NCBI GenBank assembly: GCA_963817955.1
Contig: CAWFQK010000005.1
Coordinates: 128,001 to 192,000, forward strand
DNA length: 64,000 nt
Direction: 5' to 3'
Source of the DNA: an uncultured Gemmatimonadaceae bacterium
Lineage (GTDB): Bacteria; Gemmatimonadota; Gemmatimonadetes; Gemmatimonadales; Gemmatimonadaceae
Of the stretch, positions 56,682-64,000 are shown piece after piece. Within the stretch, counting starts at the first letter, position 1; each line of letters opens with the position of its first letter. A program made the position numbers and the translations under genes. Below the pieces are notes generated by a model. The model worked only from the letters and a program-made list of their open reading frames with translations. It was not told the DNA's origin and did no database searches.

Positions 56682-58837
56682 GCTCTCCCGCCGCGGCGTC
56701 ACCTCAGAGCAGCGCGCTCCTTCCGGCGATCGTTCTCAAAGAGATGCGCGACCGTCTCAAGACCGCGTTCGTGTGTCTCGCGATCGTCGTCGTCGGCCAG
56801 CTCATCTCGCTCGGCTTTCAGAGGATGATGGAGTCATCTGGCGTGTATTTCGTAGGGTCGGGATCTCTGTTCTCGTTCTCGATCTTCACGCTGACGAGCG
56901 CACTGAGCGGGCTGATCATCGGGCGCGCGCTGATCGTGCATGAGAATCGCGGTGACCGCTGGGGCTTTCTCGCGCACCGGCCGGTACATCGTTCGACGCT
57001 GTTCTTTGGGAAGGCGGTCGCAGGCGCGTTGCTCTATCTGGCTGCGACGGGAATCCCGCTCGCATTCGCGACCGCGTGGATGGCGGCGCCGGGAAGTCGC
57101 CCTGTGCCGTGGGACTCGAGCATGGCGCTGCCCGGCGTCGCAGACATGCTGTGCGGCTTGGTCTATTTGCTCGCGGCAATGCTGGTCAGCATGCGCGAAG
57201 CAAGATGGTATGGGAGCCGGTTCCTTCCGTTGGGTGCCGCGATCGCGTGCACGGGAGTCGTACTTGAAGTCTCGTATTTCTGGCAAGCGCTCGCGATTGT
57301 GTTGCTTGGAATGGTCGTCGTCGGAACAGCGGCGCTGACGACGTTCGCCAGCGGCGGCCAGTACAAACCGCTCTCGCGTTGGGGTCGCGCGACGCTAGGA
57401 CTCACCATCGTGCCGGGTTTGGTGCTCGCCGGCACTTTCGTCATCGCCGTCACCGCGCTCACCGCGTTTTCCCGCAAGGCGACGCGCAACGGTGTCAGAT
57501 CAACCGACTACGTGATCGCCAGCGACGGGTCGATCGTGCAGCGGGTGGAGCTCCATGATCTCTTCGCTCAAACGACACGAGTCTTGGCAGTGAAGGACCT
57601 GCACGGGCGCGCAGTCGAGCAGTACCAAGACTCAGCCGCGCGTGAAAAATTGACAGCGGGCGTGATCGCGACGCCTGCGTTGAAACTGCATCCGGATAAT
57701 CCGGGCACCCTCGAGTCTATGTTGAGCGGCTATCGGGGCACGTACGACCTATTCGTTCAACTGTCGTCGTCGCCACCGGCACCGAGCGAGCTGTCTTGGT
57801 ACTTCGTGCGCCGGCTAGGCTTGATCGCTGCGTACAACAATCGCTCGGCGAGGTTGATCGGCTGGATGGGGCCCGACGGATTCAGCCCGGGTGAGGCGCG
57901 CCCGGCGCATCGATTCGAGGGCGCGCTCCGACCGACTTCCGAGTATGGCTACATCCAGCCAGTGCTCGCGTTTCCGAGCGCGGTCTATCGGTTGGATCTC
58001 CGCCAGCGGGGCATCCGAAAGGTGTTCACGCCATCGGCCCGGGAGACGGTGCTCGGTGCCGCGACATCGGGTGATAGCACCGCGGCGATGGCGGTATACG
58101 GACCTCGCGCGAAGTTCGACGCCATCGCGACCAACACGAGCGTCCATGTGCAGGCGCCGGACGGCACCGCGGAACTCAGTGTTGCCCGGGATTCCGGCGA
58201 CAGCGCCAGCGCAACAGTCACGGTTTCACGCGCGCTGCTCGCCGCTGGCACGCCGACTTTCTTCTGGTACTCGTCGTCATACCGGCCCTTCATCCAAGGC
58301 GAGCCGAGAACGCCTGCCGGACATGTCAAGGCATTCAATGACGAAAACAAGCTCGTCGCCCAAGTCGCGATTCCGCGCGACACCGAGCCGGAAGCGGAAT
58401 CTCGAGTGACTGCTGAAGACGTATTCTCGGCGGCGACAGTATCTGTGACGTGGCGATTCGCGCGTCGCGTCTATTACGCGTATCGTCGTCCGAGTGGATT
58501 TCCCGCCGCAGGCCAACGCAAATGGCAACAGTCTGACGTTGTTGACTGGTCCGTCTCTGCGATGACCTCGTTACTCGCCGCCGCGTTGACGTTCGGCCTC
58601 GGTGGCATCTTTGCATTCGACCGGAACCGCCGGCTGCTGTGGGGAGCGCTCGGATTCGTGTTAGGTCCGCTTGGTGTGCTCCTGATGCTCTCGCTCATCG
58701 ACTGGCCGGTGCGTGAGCCATGCCCCTCGTGCGGGAAGAAGCGAGTCGTTACGCGAGCGAGGTGTGAGCACTGCGATGCGCCGTTCTCGCCGCCGGCGTT
58801 GGATGGAACCGAGATCTTCGAGACGGCGGTTGCGTAG
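56678..58837 (+). CDS. ABC-2-type membrane protein with a large soluble domain and C-terminal Zn ribbon
   Basis: LKEMR, WGFLAHRP, multiple TM segments, CPSC...CEHC. Confidence 0.8.
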   Translation: MSSPAAASPQSSALLPAIVLKEMRDRLKTAFVCLAIVVVGQLISLGFQRMMESSGVYFVGSGSLFSFSIFTLTSALSGLIIGRALIVHENRGDRWGFLAHRPVHRSTLFFGKAVAGALLYLAATGIPLAFATAWMAAPGSRPVPWDSSMALPGVADMLCGLVYLLAAMLVSMREARWYGSRFLPLGAAIACTGVVLEVSYFWQALAIVLLGMVVVGTAALTTFASGGQYKPLSRWGRATLGLTIVPGLVLAGTFVIAVTALTAFSRKATRNGVRSTDYVIASDGSIVQRVELHDLFAQTTRVLAVKDLHGRAVEQYQDSAAREKLTAGVIATPALKLHPDNPGTLESMLSGYRGTYDLFVQLSSSPPAPSELSWYFVRRLGLIAAYNNRSARLIGWMGPDGFSPGEARPAHRFEGALRPTSEYGYIQPVLAFPSAVYRLDLRQRGIRKVFTPSARETVLGAATSGDSTAAMAVYGPRAKFDAIATNTSVHVQAPDGTAELSVARDSGDSASATVTVSRALLAAGTPTFFWYSSSYRPFIQGEPRTPAGHVKAFNDENKLVAQVAIPRDTEPEAESRVTAEDVFSAATVSVTWRFARRVYYAYRRPSGFPAAGQRKWQQSDVVDWSVSAMTSLLAAALTFGLGGIFAFDRNRRLLWGALGFVLGPLGVLLMLSLIDWPVREPCPSCGKKRVVTRARCEHCDAPFSPPALDGTEIFETAVA

Positions 58838-58927
58838 GCCATGGTTCGAAGAGTGTCTCAGTGGACGCTCAGTGTTTGCGGTCGTGGGGTTGGATCCCAG
58901 TCAATGTCACCTACGCAGGAGAGTCGA

Positions 58928-59893
58928 ATGACACGCACCTGGAGCCCGCGAGTTGCGGCTCGAGATTTCATTGCTGTACCCGCATTGATCCTATGGGCGG
59001 CTCTGAGCGGCGCGACGGCTCCGTACACCACTGCGCCTGGGATGACATACACAATCCATGGTACGACCGTGCCCAACGGCAGCGGGCCTATGGCGACCGC
59101 GATGGAGGCGCAGCGCTCGGACTGGACCGGAGTGGTCGTCTTTTCTGACGGACGAGGGCGCATGGACATCGTCGAGGGTGCATCGCGCCCCATGTTCGAG
59201 AAGGGTGACTACGTCCTGTTCGACGCCACCGATTTCATCGTCGTGAAGCCCGAAGCGCGGAACTTCTTCGGCTTTCATCCCGACCAGGCAATGCGCGCAA
59301 TTGCGGCGTTCGGCCCGAAGATCGCCATCAGCAACACAAAAGTGTCGCTCGATACCCTCGGCGCTGGCGAGGCATTGGACGGCCATCCAACACAGCACTA
59401 CCGTTTGAATGCCAGCTATACGATGACCATGGATATGAGCGCCCTAGGAGAAATGCCAGACGGAATGGCGCCGCCTCCAATGGATGCAGAGATGTCGATG
59501 GAGTACTGGTTTGCCGACATCCCCAATTTCCCACCGAATCCGTTCGTGAAGATGGCCTCAGGCATGGCCTCAGGCGAGCCGACTGTCGGAGCAGGATTCA
59601 TGAGCGCCCTCACGAACAGTCTATCCGCTGCACGGGATGGGATGCCTGTTAGCAAGGCACCCCTCAAGACGACGGCCTCGACGCGCATCTCCGCCGGTCC
59701 GGGAATGACGAGCGGGACCGACAATACGGTCGTGATCACTGGGGTCAAGGAGACGAGCGTAGACATGGCGCGGCTCCTCCTTCCCGACGGGTATACCGAG
59801 ACCCAGATGGCCGGGCTGGAAAACATGCCCGGCGCTGCACCTCTGTCGAAGGACAGCGGCGCGAAATGGCGTGCTAGGCCGACCAGCCGGTAG
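58928..59893 (+). CDS. Exported hypothetical protein (DUF4412-like beta-rich)
   Basis: AGGAG RBS, signal-like N-terminus, GRGRMDI, GEALDGHPTQHYR, LPDGY. Confidence 0.65.
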   Translation: MTRTWSPRVAARDFIAVPALILWAALSGATAPYTTAPGMTYTIHGTTVPNGSGPMATAMEAQRSDWTGVVVFSDGRGRMDIVEGASRPMFEKGDYVLFDATDFIVVKPEARNFFGFHPDQAMRAIAAFGPKIAISNTKVSLDTLGAGEALDGHPTQHYRLNASYTMTMDMSALGEMPDGMAPPPMDAEMSMEYWFADIPNFPPNPFVKMASGMASGEPTVGAGFMSALTNSLSAARDGMPVSKAPLKTTASTRISAGPGMTSGTDNTVVITGVKETSVDMARLLLPDGYTETQMAGLENMPGAAPLSKDSGAKWRARPTSR

Positions 59894-59934
59894 AAGCAGC
59901 ATCGCGATCGAGATGTTGCGATAGCGCATAACCA

Positions 59935-61872
59935 TCAGCCACTGCTTGGTGGACGATGCCCCTTGGTGGTCACGACGATCGCGCCGTTCGCCGCAGCGGA
60001 ATCATGCGTGAGCCGCATTGCCGCCGCCGGCACGATGCGCTGGACATTGACTATCGTGTCCGCGTGCCCCATCAGCGCCATCATGTCTTCGAATCGCCGC
60101 ACGGCGCCGTCGATGAGGATCACGGGCTTGTGTTCGAGTGTGGCCCAGAGCTCCGCCGTTATGGCCCAGCCGCCGCCAGGCAGGTCGCCAAGGTGCTCGA
60201 TGTCCGGCTGGGGCCGGGGCGGGGGCGGCGGCGGCGTGAGCGGCGTCTTTCTCACACTCACGCGGTGCCCAAAGTCCGTCGGGCCGCCGCGGCCCGGGCG
60301 CAGCGTCAGCACGTGAATGGAGACGCCATGAGGCGGCAACATCTCGGGCGTGAGGAAGATCTCATCGTCGCGCTGGAACGCGTGCGGGTCCGCCCCGAGG
60401 AATGGGTCATCCGGCGCCGTTCCGCTGAGCGAGTCATATGTGAACTCGCGCGGCAGCACGGTGCGCATGCCGAGCACGGAGCGTGTCGGAATCTGGCTCG
60501 CGAACAACGTGTCCTGATCGGCCTGAAACGTCGCCCGCTCAGCGGCGACCCGTACGTTGTCGCTCGCAGGCGCGCTATTTCCGTAGCGGTACGCCCCGAA
60601 GTCGAACGGAAACGGCGCGTCCGTGGTGTCGGCTCCAATATCCGTGCGCGGGCGCGCGGCGGCGCTCACGATGCGGCCGTCGCTGCTCAGGTAGAACGAG
60701 ACGAACGCCAGCGACGTGTCACCGGTGAGCACGCGCGGATAGTATCGCGCGAGCGCGGCGCGGAGCCATGCAGTGCCCGCGGCATCCACCGTATCGATGC
60801 GCACGACGCGCGGATAGTACTGCTGCTGCGCGATCGCCGCCCGTGCAAACTGCGCCGGTAGCGGCGCGGACTCCGGCGCCGTACCCCGGGGCGACGGCGC
60901 CGAGCACGCGATTGCGACGCAGAGCGACGCGGCAGCCGCGAGGGCAAGGGCGGGAAGCAGCCGGCGCGGCGCGCGCGCGGCGCTCATCGCGAGAATGCGC
61001 TGCTCGAGCAGCGACCGCCGCTCGACGAACGCCGGGGCGAGCATCGTCATCGCCTGCATGCGTTCGCCGGCGTCGACCAGGACCGTTGCGTACGCACGCG
61101 CATCGCCCTCGCGCGCGAGCACGCGCGCGTCGCAGTCGATCTCGGTGGCGAGCCGCAGGCGCCCGAGCTGCCACCACAGCGCCACGTTCCATGGACACAG
61201 CGCCGCGGTACACCCGCACGCGGCAAGGAGCAGCGTGTCGCGAGCGCGACGGTGCTCCGTTTCGTGCCGAAGGATGAGATCGAGCGACACGGCCTCCGCC
61301 GAAAGTGCCCAAGCGGGCAGGACGATCTCGGGACGAAACACCCCGATTACAGCGGGACCGAAATCCTCGGCGACGAGTACCGGCGTGCCGAGCACTTCGC
61401 GCCGCGACCAGGTCCGGCGACGCCGGCCAAGGCCAGCGGACGAATGCACGATGAACGCGAGCGTCAGCAACCCGCCGGCCAGCCATGCAACGAGCAGCGC
61501 GCGATCGAGCGCGGGCGTCGACGGCACGGACACGGAGTACGCGCGACTCGCGCGTGAGGCGACAGGAAAGCGCGGCGGCAGCGCGGCGCTCGTGTCTGTG
61601 GACGGCACAACGTTGAGCGAAAGCGCCGGCCCGCGCGCGACGATCGTGACACGACCGCGTGCCGCCGCCGGTGCGGTCGGGGCGGTCGGGGCCAGCGCAC
61701 GTACCGCGAGGGCGAGCGGCAGGACCAGAGTCGCCCCCAGCGACGCCGCCCATAGCGCGCGACTCGCCAACCATGTAAGGCGAAGCGCTCGCGCCGCGCG
61801 CTCGACGGCGAGCGCCGCGAGGCCGAAGAGCGCGCCGAGCAGCGACGCGTACACCATCCAGGCGGCGATCAT
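59935..61872 (-). CDS. BlaR1/M56-family metallopeptidase with a C-terminal plug-like domain
   Basis: GPAVIG..RPEIVLP, HETEH (HExxH), PWN..LWW, EIDCDARVL, C-terminal AANGAIVVTTK. Confidence 0.9.
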   Translation of the reverse strand: MIAAWMVYASLLGALFGLAALAVERAARALRLTWLASRALWAASLGATLVLPLALAVRALAPTAPTAPAAARGRVTIVARGPALSLNVVPSTDTSAALPPRFPVASRASRAYSVSVPSTPALDRALLVAWLAGGLLTLAFIVHSSAGLGRRRRTWSRREVLGTPVLVAEDFGPAVIGVFRPEIVLPAWALSAEAVSLDLILRHETEHRRARDTLLLAACGCTAALCPWNVALWWQLGRLRLATEIDCDARVLAREGDARAYATVLVDAGERMQAMTMLAPAFVERRSLLEQRILAMSAARAPRRLLPALALAAAASLCVAIACSAPSPRGTAPESAPLPAQFARAAIAQQQYYPRVVRIDTVDAAGTAWLRAALARYYPRVLTGDTSLAFVSFYLSSDGRIVSAAARPRTDIGADTTDAPFPFDFGAYRYGNSAPASDNVRVAAERATFQADQDTLFASQIPTRSVLGMRTVLPREFTYDSLSGTAPDDPFLGADPHAFQRDDEIFLTPEMLPPHGVSIHVLTLRPGRGGPTDFGHRVSVRKTPLTPPPPPPRPQPDIEHLGDLPGGGWAITAELWATLEHKPVILIDGAVRRFEDMMALMGHADTIVNVQRIVPAAAMRLTHDSAAANGAIVVTTKGHRPPSSG

Positions 61873-62243
61873 GTGTCGTCCTCGCGCAGGCGTTGGTCGA
61901 TCAGCGTTCGGAGCTTTCGCAGATCGGCGGGTGTGAGCCGGCGGTCGGAGACGAGCTTGGCGAGCGCCAGCTCGGACGATCCGCCGAACAGCGTGCCGAC
62001 GAGCGTGGCCAGCGCACCGCGTTGCACGACTTCCTGCTTGATGCGCGGATGAAAGCGATATGCACGACCCTCGGGCACGGCGCGCAGGTAGCCCTTGGCC
62101 AGCATGGTACGCATGAGTGAAAGCACCGTGGTGTACGCAAGGTCGTCCAGGAGTTGGTCACGCACTTCGGCGACGGTGCCGTCGCCGAGCTCCCAGAGAA
62201 TGGCGATGATCTCGAGCTCACGTGGGGTGAGTGTGACGGGCAT
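61869..62243 (-). CDS. BlaI/MecI/CopY-family repressor
   Basis: LTPRELEIIAILW, LAYTTVLSLM, KGYL, LFGGS. Confidence 0.93.
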   Translation of the reverse strand: MPVTLTPRELEIIAILWELGDGTVAEVRDQLLDDLAYTTVLSLMRTMLAKGYLRAVPEGRAYRFHPRIKQEVVQRGALATLVGTLFGGSSELALAKLVSDRRLTPADLRKLRTLIDQRLREDDT

Positions 62244-62262
62244 GCACGTCCTCGTGTGTTGT

Positions 62263-62328
62263 TACCAGTCGACTAGTAGTCACCAAACTGGGGCGGCGGC
62301 GGTCGATTGTCAACTAGTCGACTAGTAG
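62263..62328 (-). promoter_or_regulatory. Promoter with two palindromic BlaI-type operators
   Basis: ACTAGTCGACTAGT (62313-26, perfect) and ACCAGTCGACTAGT (62264-77) flank minus-strand TTGACA (62313-08), 17 bp, CAGTTT. Confidence 0.75.
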
Positions 62329-62597
62329 CGGTCCGTCCGGACGCGGCAATGCGGCCAACCGCTTCGGTCCAGTGCGCCTCACGCGCCGAAGCTGCGGACG
62401 CCGGCTACAGCGCTACGACTTGCTCGAGGAGAGCAGCCTCCTCGGCCGACGTCGCACGCGGCGATAGCCAGCGGTGTGCGACAACGCATCGCCTCCGGGT
62501 GATCTGCGCGTTTGTGGCGTCGAAAGCTTTCCTTGATGGTGTCGTGCTGCAGTCGGCGTCGAGCAGAGTGGTCGCGACCATCAATACGAGTCGGGTC

Positions 62598-63194
62598 TCA
62601 CTCTCGATCCGACTGCCCGTTCCCGCTTCCATCCGCGATCTTCGCCGCCGCGTGATCGTGCCGGCGATTCACTCGTAGTTTAACAGTCTGTGAACGCCAT
62701 ACGCGGTTGCGCGGACCGTCATTGCCGATCGACCTGTTCGGAAGCGAACGCGGAGCACTTCGCAACGTCGGCTCCAACTCGATGCGTGTAGCAAACCACG
62801 CTCCACGAAGCACGATGGCATTCGTACCGACAGGGACATTGCAATCGGTAGTACCGCTCGCAACGCGCCAGTCGTCCGACAAGCGACCTCGATATTGGCA
62901 ACTGCCGAGGGAAAACCGGACGGAATCACCGTGCACCCGCCCATCGGTCGCGGCGAGATCACTGAGCGTATCCTGGCAACTTCGCATTACATGTGTAGCT
63001 GTTCCCGTCATCACATCGCCCGTTTGCTCGAACCGGAGCTGAACGGCCCCGGAGCATGGGACGCGCAATGCGGGAGTGCGGAGGGTATCGACGAGCCGCC
63101 ACGCGCCCGCCACAGTCATTGCCTGGTGTTGCGCATGCGCGCCGACGGATCCGACGACGCTGATGAGAATGGCGACCAGGGGTGCGTTACGCAT
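62598..63194 (-). CDS. Exported hypothetical beta-rich protein, 3' end possibly degraded
   Basis: Signal peptide, VAGAWR, four Cys; the C-terminus looks out of frame. Confidence 0.5.
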   Translation of the reverse strand: MRNAPLVAILISVVGSVGAHAQHQAMTVAGAWRLVDTLRTPALRVPCSGAVQLRFEQTGDVMTGTATHVMRSCQDTLSDLAATDGRVHGDSVRFSLGSCQYRGRLSDDWRVASGTTDCNVPVGTNAIVLRGAWFATRIELEPTLRSAPRSLPNRSIGNDGPRNRVWRSQTVKLRVNRRHDHAAAKIADGSGNGQSDRE

Positions 63195-63447
63195 GGGATG
63201 GACGCTCCGAGTGAACATTTCCGCGGTGATGATGTGTCCTTGCGTTGCTCACGACCAGGGATCGTGACCACCCCGGACGACTGCACTCGGTGTACACCTA
63301 CGACGACTTCAGTCCGGCCGCGATTTGCGGATGTGCAAGCGTTGCCTTGGTCCTGACACCGGCGCTGCTCACCGTGTGGAGGGTGTCTCCCGCGGAAGTA
63401 TTACGAGCAAACACATAGCGCTTCGTCGGCGGAACCGACTGAGCCCA

Positions 63448-63849
63448 CTACTGCTTGTGGCAGTCGGTGCAGGTCGCCGGCACCGTCTTGCCCGCGGCGG
63501 CTTCCTTGTTGTGGCAATCGAAGCACACGCCCGTCTTGGCCGCGGTGTGGTGGAAGGCGTTGCGAAGATTCGTCACCATCGGGGCAACTGGCTCTGCGAC
63601 ATGGCAGGTGCCGCACTTCTGTTGCGGCGCCGTGTACGGGTGTTCCGGGCGTGACTCGTGGTGGCATGCCGTACACTCGGACGCCTTCGCGTGCTTGGCG
63701 TGCGTGAACGTGACCGTCCCGAACTTGGGAGTGTACGTCACCGTTTCCGGTCCAGGCGCTATAGGAGCTGGCTGCTGCGCCGGTAGTTGTTTCGAGAACG
63801 CCGCCGCGATGCAGAGCGCGGTGGCGAGCGTGAGAACGCGATGTGGCAT
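63448..63849 (-). CDS. Tetraheme cytochrome c3-family protein
   Basis: Signal peptide; VTFTHAKH, CTACHH, CGTCH, AFHH, CFDCH, CTDCH. Confidence 0.9.
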   Translation of the reverse strand: MPHRVLTLATALCIAAAFSKQLPAQQPAPIAPGPETVTYTPKFGTVTFTHAKHAKASECTACHHESRPEHPYTAPQQKCGTCHVAEPVAPMVTNLRNAFHHTAAKTGVCFDCHNKEAAAGKTVPATCTDCHKQ

Positions 63850-63880
63850 GATCCGCCAAGTGACGAGTGCGACGTACTGG

Positions 63881-63914
63881 ATGGAGACCCTTCGCTCCGC
63901 TCAGGATGACAACG
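63881..63914 (-). repeat. REP-like intergenic repeat, copy 3 (inverted)
   Basis: ATGGAGACCCTTCGCTCCGCTCAGGATGACAACG. Confidence 0.85.
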
Positions 63915-64000
63915 GCTGTCCACCACTATATGCCGCCGGTGTTGTTCAGCGGATAGGAAGGATGCCCGGCGTACGTCCGGCGCGAGGCGACCCGTTCATC

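Noticed and set aside
62405..62700. TGA readthrough (selenocysteine) joining the 62669-62962 and 62405-62632 frames
   Set aside because: No redox-motif context or evident SECIS; gene decay is the simpler explanation.
63926..64000. 3' end of a minus-strand CDS at the window edge
   Set aside because: Only 24 open codons are visible, too few to call.

Overview
High-GC bacterial window. Its gene repertoire (ADOP permease, carboxypeptidase-regulatory/plug proteins, DUF5916 barrel, BlaI/M56 pair, several leaderless genes) resembles Gemmatimonadota; this is inferred, not proven. From left to right: partial ADOP permease; sugar ABC importer divergent from a GH38 alpha-mannosidase; PAS histidine kinase; higBA-type toxin-antitoxin pair; an ~8.5 kb island with no integrase (PepSY protein, two-component pair, RND/MFP/TolC pump) bounded by an exact 45-bp duplication of the tRNA-Gln(CTG) 3' end; tRNA-Ala(CGC); housekeeping genes (Thr/Ser dehydratase, KGG stress protein, RNase Z, thioesterase, VOC, MutS-like ATPase, cysteine-desulfurase-like protein, dehydrogenase, CopZ-like protein); an ABC/TonB-receptor cluster with one frameshifted gene; a decayed GxxExxY-like element with long inverted ends; acyl-CoA dehydrogenase; a YtrA-ABC operon; BlaI/BlaR1; and a tetraheme cytochrome c3. 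The most unusual locus is 48711-50430: a ~470-nt hairpin-rich upstream region, an unannotated 248-aa predicted-helical protein, a perfect 12-bp hairpin, and then about 18-20 degenerate 21-bp units in strict register. No CRISPR array, rRNA, integrase or transposase was seen. All family calls come from motif recognition, not database searches.
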